Assembly (NCBI RefSeq): GCF_025643275.1
Contig: NZ_CP089977.1
Location: 540,001 to 572,000, forward strand
Length of the DNA: 32,000 nt
DNA from: Moraxella nasicaprae
Lineage (GTDB): Bacteria; Pseudomonadota; Gammaproteobacteria; Pseudomonadales; Moraxellaceae
Direction: 5' to 3'
Part shown: in pieces, positions 1-12,621 of the stretch
How the letters are laid out: the number at the start of each line of letters is the position of its first letter
Position numbering within the stretch: the first letter of the stretch is position 1
Position numbers and translations under genes: made by a program
The notes under the pieces: generated by a model
Told to the model about the DNA's origin: nothing
What the model saw: only the letters and a program-made list of their open reading frames with translations
Database searches by the model: none

Positions 1-73
1 TAGGGTGCTTGCAGACAACTGTCCGAATATTCTACCTAAAAGCATTTTAGACCACAACCAAAAAATCAGCCCA

Positions 74-2533
74 TCAATGTAAAACTTTTTGGGGTTGATA
101 TTGCTGTAAAATCTGTTCATTTTCAATCACATAGGGCGATGACAGCCAGATTTTTTGATGATTGGTAAAACCTTCAAAGACCTGATGGGCATCTGGGCAT
201 AATCGCTGCCACAACTCCCACGCCATTGGTTTGGCAGCACTCATCATCAGCTGCGTCCCACCAGCTGGCTCTGACAAATCGCTCATTTGCTCCATGTCCA
301 TCATCTTTAATGGTTGGTTGGCGATGATTTGCAGTTCACAATCCCATACATTTTCATCATCAATCTGTCGCCAGCCAGTCAAAGCTTGAATCTGCAAACC
401 CTCGCCCTGCCAATGCAAACCTGCAATGCAAGGCTGATGATACACCTCACCTGACTGATGACGACCCGCCTGCCAATAACGATGAATGGCAAACTGTTCG
501 TGCAAAGCGTCCACCATTGGTATGAATAACGGGCTTGCCGTCTGCACAATCACACCATCAAGACGATAAATACCCTGCCGTTTTAGTGCGTGAATCACAC
601 CATCAATGTGTCTTTGTCCAAGTTTTTTTGCCCCAAAATCCGCCAAAACCAGCCATCGATACTGATGATTTTGCTGACGGTATTGTAGTAATTTTTGGCT
701 AACCTTAGGGTCGTGGCTGGCTAGATTTTCCAGTACAAATTCATCTTGCCACTCCTGCTGATAAGATAATAATATCATCGCAAGCATGGGCAAAACCAGC
801 ATCGATTTGGGTAAAACTTTGGGCAATAAAAGCAAAACCACCATCATCATGGCAAAAACAATGCCCAAAAAACCAAAAGGTGCGTACAGCCAAACCCCTA
901 AGCCACCCAAATGAGTAGATAAACCAATCTCCAACAGCCAATGCAACGCCAACAATAGCCAAAAACTTATTTGCCATAGCATCTGTGCCAATGCTGGCAA
1001 TAGCACATAAACAAGTCCTGCCAGCAGATTGATTGGCACAATCAATAAGCCAAAAAAACTGATGGCAAATAAATTGACAAACAACCCCCAGATTGACACC
1101 TTACCAAACAGCAAGATGGACAACGGCATCATCATCAAAAACAGCCAAAACTGTAATCGACACAATCGCCAAAATTGCCCCAACCAACGCCTTGCCACAG
1201 GCTCTTCTTGGGCAAGCATTTCTTCTGCCATCTGATGTCGCATCAAAATCAATACCGCCACAAACGATAGCCAAAATCCAGCCTGCCACACCACAAAGGG
1301 GTCTAGCCAAATCATCAGCACCGCCACTGATAATAAAATCGTCACCTGTTTTATAGGCAAAACAAACAATCGAGCCAGCCACATCGCCATCAACATATAC
1401 ACCGTACGCACAGCAGGCACATCAAACCCTGTAAACATTGCATACAGCATACCTGCACCCATCATTATTAACAGACGAATCTGCCAACGGCTGATGGTTT
1501 GATAACAATGCGGGCATAAATAATCCATCACTTTGGTTGCAAGCATCGCCAATACCACCGCCAAAAACAATACATGCGTGCCTGAAATCGCCAGCAAATG
1601 CGAAATTCCAGCCAGTTGGTATAACTCTTTGGTACTTTTGTCGATTAACGCCCTATCTCCTGTCAAAAGGCTTAAATTGACCGCTTTGACCTGCTGACTT
1701 TGCAAATCAAGCGTCTGCCATTCTTGATAGAAATGTTCTCGAAAATGTTGTCTTAATCTTTGTAGTGATAGTGAAATCGACCCATCATCAAAATCCTCAA
1801 TCTGCCCTACTGACAATAGGCGAGCATTGGCGTGTATGTGCCGAGATTTGAGCCATTTTGTTTGGTCAAAAGCTGCCGATTGTTCAGATAAAGGTGTGAT
1901 GAGCAGTTGTACCGTAGCGGTCTTGCCAGCGTTGAGCTGCTGCAAATATTGAATACTGTCTTTATCAAAATCACCAAAATTAGGCTGTACACTCATCAGC
2001 ACTCTGATGCCGTTTAGGTGTGATAAATCGGCTGGGGTATCGATTGGGGCGATGGTATTTTCATCATAAAAAGGATTGGGTAGTTTTAGGCTCTTGCTTG
2101 TGCTAACGACGGGTTTTACCTCGCTTAAAGTGGCCACCTGACGATATGCCGTGCCAGCAATCTCATCATAAACGCCATCGCCTATCTCATCAAGATGTAC
2201 GGTTGCACTCACCAAATATCGCCTGTCAGGACTTTGCGTCTTAAAACTGGCATCAGCACTCATGACACGCACCACAAATAGGCAAATCAGTACGCCATAG
2301 CCAACCCATATACCTAGCTTAGCCAGCCGATGTGCGAATTTGTGATGATAATTCAATGATTTGATGCCAATAATGACGACACTCATCATCAAAAAAACCA
2401 CATTCATCAACAAAAAAGCATCATCATCGGTCAAAAGAGCAATCAACCAATCATCGAACACAACTTCGTCTGACACGCCCAGCACCATGAGCGTCATCGC
2501 CATGATACACGCATACAACCAAATCATTGACAA
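74..2533 (-). CDS. comEC: DNA internalization competence protein ComEC/Rec2
   Basis: 819-aa ORF. It has a polytopic hydrophobic core typical of the ComEC competence domain (LLAISGTHVLFLAVV..., many TM segments), an N-terminal OB-like part and a C-terminal soluble extension. No HxHxDH motif is visible in the C-terminal part. Confidence 0.8.
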   Translation of the reverse strand: MSMIWLYACIMAMTLMVLGVSDEVVFDDWLIALLTDDDAFLLMNVVFLMMSVVIIGIKSLNYHHKFAHRLAKLGIWVGYGVLICLFVVRVMSADASFKTQSPDRRYLVSATVHLDEIGDGVYDEIAGTAYRQVATLSEVKPVVSTSKSLKLPNPFYDENTIAPIDTPADLSHLNGIRVLMSVQPNFGDFDKDSIQYLQQLNAGKTATVQLLITPLSEQSAAFDQTKWLKSRHIHANARLLSVGQIEDFDDGSISLSLQRLRQHFREHFYQEWQTLDLQSQQVKAVNLSLLTGDRALIDKSTKELYQLAGISHLLAISGTHVLFLAVVLAMLATKVMDYLCPHCYQTISRWQIRLLIMMGAGMLYAMFTGFDVPAVRTVYMLMAMWLARLFVLPIKQVTILLSVAVLMIWLDPFVVWQAGFWLSFVAVLILMRHQMAEEMLAQEEPVARRWLGQFWRLCRLQFWLFLMMMPLSILLFGKVSIWGLFVNLFAISFFGLLIVPINLLAGLVYVLLPALAQMLWQISFWLLLALHWLLEIGLSTHLGGLGVWLYAPFGFLGIVFAMMMVVLLLLPKVLPKSMLVLPMLAMILLSYQQEWQDEFVLENLASHDPKVSQKLLQYRQQNHQYRWLVLADFGAKKLGQRHIDGVIHALKRQGIYRLDGVIVQTASPLFIPMVDALHEQFAIHRYWQAGRHQSGEVYHQPCIAGLHWQGEGLQIQALTGWRQIDDENVWDCELQIIANQPLKMMDMEQMSDLSEPAGGTQLMMSAAKPMAWELWQRLCPDAHQVFEGFTNHQKIWLSSPYVIENEQILQQYQPQKVLH

Positions 2534-2604
2534 CCCTTCCTTGATGAAATGAATATGATAAACATCCTAACAATCATCACTGATACGCAAAACTGATGTT
2601 CTAT

Positions 2605-3300
2605 TTAAACATCAAGAAAATAGCGTGCCAATATCGCCTCAATCAACACCAAATCATCGGCGTAGGTTAGTTTCATGTTCATTTTAGACCCTTGAATGAT
2701 GGCAACTGGCTTGCCCATCTGTTCTAATGCACTGGCTTCATCAGTGATGGATAGATTGTGCTGCTGCACAAAATCAAGCACCTGTTCCAAAACTTGTAGG
2801 CGAAACATCTGTGGCGTTAATGCCTGCCATAGATGCTCACGGTCAATGGTGCGAACAATATGATTGTCTTGGGCAAATTTGAGCGTATCCACCACAGGAC
2901 TTGCCAAAATCACGCCCTGTGCATCGCCAGTATAATGGAGTATGTTTTGCAAATCCTGCATGGGCAGACAGGGTCTGGCAGCATCGTGAATCAATACCCA
3001 ATCATCATCTTTTGCTCCACGGGCACGAATGGCACGAACCCCAGCCCAAACAGACTGCCATCGCTCACGACCGCCAGTCGTTCGATGAATGCTACTCCAA
3101 AATTCTAAGGGTGTCTTGTCAATAAAATCATCGTCAGCCGCCAAAACCAGCGTCAAATCCAGCACATCTGGGGTGTTTAGCCTTGCTACGCTGTGTGCCA
3201 AAATGCTTTTGCCCAGCACTTGTTGATACTGTTTGGGTATCTGACCACCAAAACGACTGCCACTCCCTGCCGCCACAATTAAACCATAAATCTGCTGCAT
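2605..3300 (-). CDS. ispD: 2-C-methyl-D-erythritol 4-phosphate cytidylyltransferase
   Basis: 231 aa. The N-terminal LIVAAGSGSRFGG motif and VLIHDAARP motif are typical of IspD. It sits in the conserved position downstream of ftsB and eno. Confidence 0.9.
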   Translation of the reverse strand: MQQIYGLIVAAGSGSRFGGQIPKQYQQVLGKSILAHSVARLNTPDVLDLTLVLAADDDFIDKTPLEFWSSIHRTTGGRERWQSVWAGVRAIRARGAKDDDWVLIHDAARPCLPMQDLQNILHYTGDAQGVILASPVVDTLKFAQDNHIVRTIDREHLWQALTPQMFRLQVLEQVLDFVQQHNLSITDEASALEQMGKPVAIIQGSKMNMKLTYADDLVLIEAILARYFLDV

Positions 3301-3326
3301 AAATTACCATCTTGATTAAAATAGAC

Positions 3327-3357
3327 AAAACGCCAACCTAAGTCAGATTGGCGTTTT
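3327..3357 (-). terminator. hairpin terminator downstream of ftsB
   Basis: AAAACGCCAA (3327-3336) pairs with TTGGCGTTTT (3348-3357) across an 11-nt loop. The U-tract forms part of the stem on the minus strand. Confidence 0.5.
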
Positions 3358-3368
3358 GTGATGTTTGG

Positions 3369-3767
3369 TCATTCAGGGACAAAATCCACACTCTCTACCG
3401 TTTCCTCCACCGTTTCGGGCAGCTGCCGAGAATAGACAATGGGTGCATTAGAAAGCTGGATAAAGACTTCGCCTGATTTTATCAGCCCCAAATCCAATCG
3501 TGCATGCTCTTCGATGGCGGACAGTCCTGATTTTAAATCATAGATGTCTGCCACCAAAATATCATTGGCATACGATTGTTCTTCGTTGAGCTTTTGCTGT
3601 TTATCGACCGCCAATTGCAGTTTTTCCAAATTGGCATGACCGTATTCGCCATACCAATATTGGCGTTGTAGCAAAACCAAGACCACTGTTGCTACGATGA
3701 TGGCAACCAGATAGCCTTTGTTTGTTTTTAATTCACGAATCACAGTATTTGCCACAACGCATTCCAA
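3369..3767 (-). CDS. ftsB: cell division protein FtsB (septum formation initiator family)
   Basis: 132-aa ORF with one N-terminal TM helix (YLVAIIVATVVLVLL) followed by a coiled-coil and the ARLDLGLIKSGEVFIQL motif. It lies directly after eno, as in many proteobacteria. The ORF has no ATG, so the start must be TTG at 3767 or a downstream GTG. Confidence 0.75.
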   Translation of the reverse strand: MECVVANTVIRELKTNKGYLVAIIVATVVLVLLQRQYWYGEYGHANLEKLQLAVDKQQKLNEEQSYANDILVADIYDLKSGLSAIEEHARLDLGLIKSGEVFIQLSNAPIVYSRQLPETVEETVESVDFVPE

Positions 3768-3769
3768 AA

Positions 3770-5089
<1,320 letters not shown>

Positions 5090-5187
5090 CTATCCTTTTT
5101 TGACGATTAAAATACCAAGTAAACCACTTGGCTTGTTAAAAACAGTCCTATTATAACATATTTCATGCCAGACATTCAAAGTTTGGC

Positions 5188-6051
5188 TTAGTGTGTATCC
5201 AGTACAGCAAAACCCTTAACCAAATCATCAAGCTGTTTTAACTGGGTCAAGAATGGTTCAAGCTGGTCAAGGCGTAACGCACAAGGACCATCACATTTTG
5301 CCTTGTCAGGGTCTGGGTGAGCTTCCAAGAATAAGCCTGCCAACCCTGTCGCCATGCCTGCACGAGCCAAAGTCGTGATTTGGGCTCGTCTACCACCAGC
5401 ACTGTCGCTTCTTGCACCTGGTTCTTGCAAGGCGTGCGTGACATCAAAAAATACTGGCACATTCATTGCTTTCATCGTATCAAAGCCCAACATATCCACA
5501 ACCAGATTATTGTAGCCAAATGCCGAGCCACGCTCACACAAAATCACTTGGTCATTGCCAGCTTCTAGACATTTATTGATGATGTGACGCATTTCATGTG
5601 GTGCCAAAAATTGAGCTTTTTTGACATTGATGACCGCACCTGTGCGAGCGATGGCACTAACCAAGTCGGTTTGTCTGGATAAAAAAGCTGGAATTTGTAG
5701 CACATCAGCCACTTTGGCAACGGGTGCAGCTTGATATGGCTCATGCACATCGGTGATGATTGGCACATGATAAGTTTCTTTAATATCATTTAGCCAAGTC
5801 AATCCCGTTTCTAGGCTTGGGCCACGAAACGAATGCAAACTTGAACGGTTTGCTTTATCAAAACTTGCCTTAAACACATAGCCTATGCCCAAACGCTGAC
5901 AAATATCAATGTAGCGTTCAGCAATCTCAAAAGCCAATTCTCGACTTTCAAGAACATTCATACCGCCAAACAAAACAAAGGGTTTGTCATTAGCAATCTC
6001 AATGCCTGCGACATTAACCACCGATTTGGCAACAGTCATCGCTTGTGTCAT
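5188..6051 (-). CDS. kdsA: 3-deoxy-8-phosphooctulonate synthase
   Basis: 287 aa. [12 protein letters not shown] and [11 protein letters not shown] motifs, plus the length, are typical of KdsA. Confidence 0.95.
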   Translation of the reverse strand: MTQAMTVAKSVVNVAGIEIANDKPFVLFGGMNVLESRELAFEIAERYIDICQRLGIGYVFKASFDKANRSSLHSFRGPSLETGLTWLNDIKETYHVPIITDVHEPYQAAPVAKVADVLQIPAFLSRQTDLVSAIARTGAVINVKKAQFLAPHEMRHIINKCLEAGNDQVILCERGSAFGYNNLVVDMLGFDTMKAMNVPVFFDVTHALQEPGARSDSAGGRRAQITTLARAGMATGLAGLFLEAHPDPDKAKCDGPCALRLDQLEPFLTQLKQLDDLVKGFAVLDTH

Positions 6052-6191
6052 CGCTGTCTTCCTATAAATTTAAATGAAATAAGTTGATGGCTATTATAAC
6101 GCTTATTATGGTAAAAATACATGAAAATTACCGTCAAAATTTATAAAAATTGTTCGCATTCAGCCAGCATTTGGCAAGCCTTGCATCAAAT

Positions 6192-6223
6192 AAAAAAGCG
6201 ACGGCATGACACCATCGCTTTTT
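6192..6223 (-). terminator. rho-independent terminator after pyrG
   Basis: On the minus strand, AAAAAGCGATGG-loop-CCGTCGCTTTTT (one G.T pair) is followed by TATTT. It lies 16 nt after the pyrG stop. Confidence 0.55.
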
Positions 6224-6238
6224 GGCGGCTGATTTGAT

Positions 6239-7876
<1,638 letters not shown>

Positions 7877-7990
7877 TCATCGGTTACTGGTAAAATAGAA
7901 TTTTACTAAAATCTGCACAAAAAATATAGTGGGTAACTAAAAAAAATTGTATCGCAACACCAGGTTACCCAAAGAACATCAAATCTCCAT

Positions 7991-8021
7991 AAAAAAGAGC
8001 CGCTGACTGCGACTCTTTTTT
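7991..8021 (-). terminator. rho-independent terminator after ccoP
   Basis: On the minus strand, AAAAAAGAGTCGCA-GTCA-GCGGCTCTTTTTT (one mismatch in the stem). It starts 10 nt after the ccoP stop. Confidence 0.6.
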
Positions 8022-8030
8022 GTGGGCTGA

Positions 8031-9098
8031 TTATTGTTCAGCATTTTGAGACAAGGAGCGAACATACGCTGCAAGTAGCATGACGCGTTCGTTGCCCAGT
8101 TTGGTTTGCCATTCAGGCATCACACCAGAACGACCGTGACGAATGGTGGTTTGGATAGTATCTCTATCGCCACCAAATAGCCAGATGTCATCGGTTAGAT
8201 TTGGTGCAACACCAACCTGACCTTTGCCCTCAGAACCGTGACATACCACGCAAGTGCCGTCAAAGATGGCCTTACCTTGTGCAACTTTGGCAGCATCAAG
8301 TTCATAGCCTTGCTGATTACCAGAAAGATTTAGCACATATTCAGCCGCTGCACGAACGCCAGCTTCGTTTAGCTTATTGGTTTTTGCGTCTGGCATCGCA
8401 CCTTGACGACCGTTATGAATGGTCAGTAGAATATTTTCTGCTTCACCACCATACAGCCAATCGTTGTCCGTCAAGTCAGGATAGCCTGTTGCACCTTTGG
8501 CGTTTGTGCCGTGACACAACGCACAGTTTTGTAGGAACAGACGGTTACCGATTTTTTGAGCTTCTGGGTCGGCAGCCAATTTATCAACAAACGGTGCAAG
8601 CAGTTTGACTTGGTCATCAATTTTGGCTTGCAATTCTGCATTCTCTTCACCAGATTTGCGTTGTGATTGCAGTTCATTTAATTTTGCCAAGATGGCGGTT
8701 GCTTCGCTAGCACCTGCATTTGACAAAATATTTTGCTCAAAGTTTTCAGTAAAAACTTTATTGTTTGCTTGTAGTTGGCTGTTTAGCTCATTTGCCGAAG
8801 TCCAAGGCACTTGTTCGCCATCGACTTCAACTGTTGTGACACCTTTCCAAGCATTTGGTTGGATTGCAGGGAATAGCACAAAATAGCCCAAACCCCAAAT
8901 CAGCGTACCAAAGAAAATCACCAACCACCATTTTGGCAATGGCTTGTCGTATTCTTTGATACCATCGTAACTATGTCCAGTCGTCTCATCTTCATCTAGG
9001 ACTGGCTTGGATTTTAGCGTCCACATCAATACGCCAAAGATAAATAACCAACAGGCGAGTGACAAGACAGTAATCCAAGAACTCCAAAAAAAGCTCAT
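8031..9098 (-). CDS. ccoP: cytochrome c oxidase cbb3-type, subunit III (diheme)
   Basis: 355 aa with N-terminal TM helices and two CxxCH heme c motifs (CALCHG, CVVCHG). It is the last gene of the ccoNOQP cluster. Confidence 0.9.
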   Translation of the reverse strand: MSFFWSSWITVLSLACWLFIFGVLMWTLKSKPVLDEDETTGHSYDGIKEYDKPLPKWWLVIFFGTLIWGLGYFVLFPAIQPNAWKGVTTVEVDGEQVPWTSANELNSQLQANNKVFTENFEQNILSNAGASEATAILAKLNELQSQRKSGEENAELQAKIDDQVKLLAPFVDKLAADPEAQKIGNRLFLQNCALCHGTNAKGATGYPDLTDNDWLYGGEAENILLTIHNGRQGAMPDAKTNKLNEAGVRAAAEYVLNLSGNQQGYELDAAKVAQGKAIFDGTCVVCHGSEGKGQVGVAPNLTDDIWLFGGDRDTIQTTIRHGRSGVMPEWQTKLGNERVMLLAAYVRSLSQNAEQ

Positions 9099-9268
9099 TG
9101 TGTATCCTTAGTGCGTTGATGAGCAGAAAAATCTGAATCATCTAACGCAAGTTGTGCATCTTCTTCAAAGCGTTTTTTATTTTTTGGGGAATATGCCCAC
9201 CAAGCGATGCCGATAAAAGCAATGAATGCTGCCACGGTCGCAATACTATGTAAAACGCCCCAATTCAT
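9095..9268 (-). CDS. ccoQ: cbb3-type cytochrome oxidase subunit CcoQ (57 aa)
   Basis: Not in the supplied ORF track because it is under 60 aa. My translation is [57 protein letters not shown]. It has a single TM helix plus the WAYSP..K..FEE motif typical of CcoQ/FixQ. Its ATG overlaps the ccoO stop (TAATG) and its TGA overlaps the ccoP ATG (ATGA). Confidence 0.8.
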   Translation of the reverse strand: MNWGVLHSIATVAAFIAFIGIAWWAYSPKNKKRFEEDAQLALDDSDFSAHQRTKDTQ

Positions 9269-9906
9269 TAGCGTTGACCTTGCATTGCAATACCCAGTTG
9301 TTGTAGGTATGCAACCAATGCATCTAGTTCTGTCGCACCTTGCACTTGGTCAGGAGCGGCTTCGATGTCCGCCTCAGTATATGGCAAGCCAAAACGCTCT
9401 TTGAACACACGCATTTTTTGTTGAACCTTCTCACCATTAACTTCATTGGTTGCCAGCCATGGATAAGACGGCATCACAGAGTCAGGTACAACCGAGCGAG
9501 GATTGATTAGATGGTCAATGTGCCATTGGTCAGAATAACGACCGCCCACACGAGCAAGGTCAGGACCTGTACGCTTTGAACCCCATAAGAATGGGTGGTC
9601 CCAAGATGATTCTGCGGCACGGCTGTAAGGTCCATAACGCTCCACCTCAGCACGAAGTGGGCGAACCATCTGTGTATGGCATACATGGCAGCCTTCACGA
9701 ATGTAAATATCACGACCTTCTAGCTCTAACGCCGTCCAAGGACGCATGTTTGGCAAAGGCTTATTCACACCACCTTCTTCGGCAACAGTTTCATCATAAA
9801 TCAATGGTACAATTTCAACCAAAGTTGCAAAACTGATGGCAATGACGATAAAGATAACAAGTAAACCTGTGTTTTTCTCTACAATTTCATGCGAAAATTT
9901 TGACAT
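9268..9906 (-). CDS. ccoO: cytochrome c oxidase cbb3-type, subunit II (monoheme)
   Basis: 212 aa with an N-terminal TM anchor and a CHVCH heme c motif. The Shine-Dalgarno AAGGGG sits 6 nt upstream of the ATG. Confidence 0.93.
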   Translation of the reverse strand: MSKFSHEIVEKNTGLLVIFIVIAISFATLVEIVPLIYDETVAEEGGVNKPLPNMRPWTALELEGRDIYIREGCHVCHTQMVRPLRAEVERYGPYSRAAESSWDHPFLWGSKRTGPDLARVGGRYSDQWHIDHLINPRSVVPDSVMPSYPWLATNEVNGEKVQQKMRVFKERFGLPYTEADIEAAPDQVQGATELDALVAYLQQLGIAMQGQR

Positions 9907-9916
9907 CGTTTACCCC

Positions 9917-11389
9917 TTATGCTTGAACAGTTTCTACGGTGTCATTGCCAGTAACTGGCTCAACCTCTGCGGCGATGCTTGGCATTTTGATGGTTTTATA
10001 GACATTATAAGCCATGACAAACATACCAGCCACATATAGACCACCACCCAATGCACGAACCACATAAGGCCAGTGTGATACCACAACTGTCTGAATAAAG
10101 TCGTAAGCCAAAGTACCATCTGGGTTAGTAGCACGCCACATCATACCCTGAGTGATGCCAGAAATCCACAAGGCAACAATGTACAATACCGTACCTGTGG
10201 TCGCCAACCAAAAATGCAGCGTGATTAGGTTGGTTGAATACATTCTTGCTTTATTGTAGATGCGTGGCAATAGCACATAGATAGAACCAATGGTAATCAT
10301 ACCAACCCAACCCAATGCACCTGAATGCACATGACCAACTGTCCAGTCAGTGTTATGGCTGATGGCATTGACCGCCTTGATAGATAACATCGGACCTTCA
10401 AAGGTACTCATCGCATAGAATGACAACGCAACAATCAAGAAACGAATGATTGGGTCAGTACGAAGTTTATCCCAGCTACCTGATAGGGTTAGAACACCGT
10501 TAATCATACCACCCCAAGATGGAGCAAATAGAATTAGCGAGAATACCATACCCAATGACTGCGTCCAGTCAGGCAATGCTGAGTAATGTAGATGGTGTCC
10601 ACCTGCCCACATATATGAAGCAATCAATGCCCAAAAGTGAACGATTGACAGGCGATATGAATAAACAGGACGACCAACTTGCACAGGAATGAAGTAATAC
10701 ATCATACCAAGGAATGCTGCTGTCAAATAAAAACCAACCGCATTATGACCGTACCACCATTGAACCATTGCGTCTGTCGCACCACCATACAGTGAGTATG
10801 ATTTAAAGGCATCAACTGGCACTGCCATGTTGTTCACAATGTGCAATAAAGCAATCGTGATGATGAATGCAGCAAAGAACCAGTTAGCCACATAAATATG
10901 CGAGGTTTGACGCTTGATGATTGTACCAAAGAAAACAATAGCATAAGCCACCCACACCAAAGCAATGGCGATGTCAATCGGCCATTCTAGTTCGGCATAT
11001 TCTTTGGCAGAAGTAAAGCCTAATGGCAAAGTGATTACCGCAGCCACAATGATTGCCTGCCAGCCCCAGAAAGTAAACCACGCCAAATAAGGGGCGAACA
11101 ATCTGGTCTTACAAGTACGCTGAACGATATAATAAGAGGTTGCAAAAAGTGCTGAACCACCAAATGCAAAAATCACCGCATTCGTGTGCAGTGGTCTTAA
11201 ACGACCAAAAGACAGCCAAGCTGTATCAAAATTCAACGCTGGCCACGCCAGTTGCGATGCAATAAATACACCCACCGACATACCAACAATACCCCAAAAT
11301 ACCGCCATGATGGCAAACAATCTCACCAAAGTGATTTCGTATTCATGGTCAGCAGAAAGCGGGGCAACTACTGATTTATATAGACTCAT
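9917..11389 (-). CDS. ccoN: cytochrome c oxidase cbb3-type, subunit I
   Basis: Heme-copper oxidase subunit I-like polytopic protein with many His ligands ([28 protein letters not shown]). The ORF is open up to 11446. I prefer the ATG at 11389 (MSLYKS...) because AGGAAA lies 8 nt upstream. Confidence 0.9.
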   Translation of the reverse strand: MSLYKSVVAPLSADHEYEITLVRLFAIMAVFWGIVGMSVGVFIASQLAWPALNFDTAWLSFGRLRPLHTNAVIFAFGGSALFATSYYIVQRTCKTRLFAPYLAWFTFWGWQAIIVAAVITLPLGFTSAKEYAELEWPIDIAIALVWVAYAIVFFGTIIKRQTSHIYVANWFFAAFIITIALLHIVNNMAVPVDAFKSYSLYGGATDAMVQWWYGHNAVGFYLTAAFLGMMYYFIPVQVGRPVYSYRLSIVHFWALIASYMWAGGHHLHYSALPDWTQSLGMVFSLILFAPSWGGMINGVLTLSGSWDKLRTDPIIRFLIVALSFYAMSTFEGPMLSIKAVNAISHNTDWTVGHVHSGALGWVGMITIGSIYVLLPRIYNKARMYSTNLITLHFWLATTGTVLYIVALWISGITQGMMWRATNPDGTLAYDFIQTVVVSHWPYVVRALGGGLYVAGMFVMAYNVYKTIKMPSIAAEVEPVTGNDTVETVQA

Positions 11390-11970
11390 TGGATATTTTC
11401 CTGTGCAGCCTGATTTTTTTGTGTCATGCGTGTGACAGTTCATCAACGCACGATTTAGATATTTGTGTGCTTATTGTAACGCAAAGTTTGGCAAATATCA
11501 TTAAGAAGGCAAGCAAAAATGAAAAAATCCTTAATTTTTCTAAGGAATATCGGCAAAACTGCTCAAATAACGATAAGCTACCCTTAAAAATGGTGTGATT
11601 TTGGCGATATATTTCGCTTGCTATGCTCAAAATGAGTGCTTGGCTTGCGTTTTGTGATACAAAAAACCTTGTATCAAAGGATATCCATACTCATACTAAG
11701 GTATTGATGGAAGTTTTCACCTTTTATTATACAACACAATTGTAATTTTTGGGGATATTTTGTAAAAATATTGAAATTTTTTGGCAATATTTGATATTTT
11801 TTGGGCATATTTACCATCATTGATTGGATACAAAGACCGATTTTCCCAATTTTTGTGGGTATTTTGCCCAACTTTTAATCATTTATCAAAATTCATACAA
11901 AGCATTCGGTATTTTATGAGCAAATGTTTTATAATAATGATACTTTATTTTTATTCACGAGATATTTTTT

Positions 11971-12354
11971 ATGAACAAATTTCTAAGCCAATCATGGTTT
12001 GATGCGGTCGCCACACTCAATCAAGAAGCTGGCGAACTTAACCTACCACCAACTCTTGCCAACCTAATCCTAAATGCCAAAATCACAGGCGACAATCCTG
12101 TTGAACTACACCTAAATGCAGGTAAAATCATGCAAGACACCAACCCCAATGCCGCCAGTACCATCAGCATTGATGAAGCCACTTTGGGTCGTATCATCGA
12201 GACAGGCGATGTCAATATTGCCATCGAAGCCTTTATGATGGGTCAAATTCGCATCGATGGCGACATGACACAAGTGATGGCTCTACAATCAACCAAGCCC
12301 AGCCAAGAACAAAAAGCATTGTACAAACAAATCAAAGCAATGACCGAATTTTAA
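11971..12354 (+). CDS. SCP2 sterol-binding-domain protein
   Basis: 127 aa. The pattern AIEAFMMGQIRIDGDMTQVMALQS matches the C-terminal SCP2 signature (G.lki.GDm..amkl). Confidence 0.65.
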   Translation: MNKFLSQSWFDAVATLNQEAGELNLPPTLANLILNAKITGDNPVELHLNAGKIMQDTNPNAASTISIDEATLGRIIETGDVNIAIEAFMMGQIRIDGDMTQVMALQSTKPSQEQKALYKQIKAMTEF

Positions 12355-12370
12355 TCCAAGCGATGAGTTT

Positions 12371-12399
12371 GCCCAATTTGCATTAAATTGGGCTTTTTT
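12371..12399 (+). terminator. rho-independent terminator after the SCP2 gene
   Basis: GCCCAATTT-GCATT-AAATTGGGC is a perfect 9-bp stem followed by TTTTTT. Confidence 0.65.
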
Positions 12400-12621
12400 A
12401 TACACGATTTTTTAATGATTGGGCTTTGTTTTTCCATCATGGCATATACTTATGCCAAAATATAGTTTGCTTTTATTGATTTAATCGTAAATACCTACAA
12501 AATAAAATACAAAATCCTTACAAAAAATGATAATATAAGCAAACAAACATCACCGCTTAACTTATATCAAGCTGTCAAACACCAACCCCGCCAAGCATAC
12601 AAACTGCTTTTAGCCAAGGTT

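Noticed and set aside
30-66. Weak resemblance between the sequence downstream of comEC (AAAGCATTTTAGACCACAACCAAAAAATC) and the sequence beside the IS1595 transposase stop (AATGCTTGGCTCTAGACCATCAAAATTTAAAAAAATC, 31811-31847). This raised the idea of a second IS end.
   Set aside because: Only short blocks (TAGACCA, AAAAAATC) are shared, and gaps are needed to align them. In this orientation the IS body would have to overlap comEC. The resemblance is most likely chance in AT-rich DNA.
11390-11446. 19-codon N-terminal extension of ccoN ([19 protein letters not shown]) given by the ORF track.
   Set aside because: The downstream ATG at 11389 has a well-spaced AGGAAA RBS and begins the conserved part. 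The extension is non-hydrophobic, has no RBS, and contains a T7 run typical of non-coding leader.
11820-11833. FNR/Anr box for the cbb3 oxidase genes. The best candidate is TTGATTGGATACAA.
   Set aside because: It matches only 8 of the 10 specified positions of TTGAT-N4-ATCAA and lies about 430 nt from the ccoN start. No better site was found near either divergent start, so I make no FNR call.
11389-12002. Four small ORFs (65-73 aa) listed in the cco divergent intergenic region.
   Set aside because: All start at non-ATG or context-poor codons. Their translations are Phe/Ile/Lys-rich and reflect AT-rich non-coding DNA, and they overlap one another on both strands.
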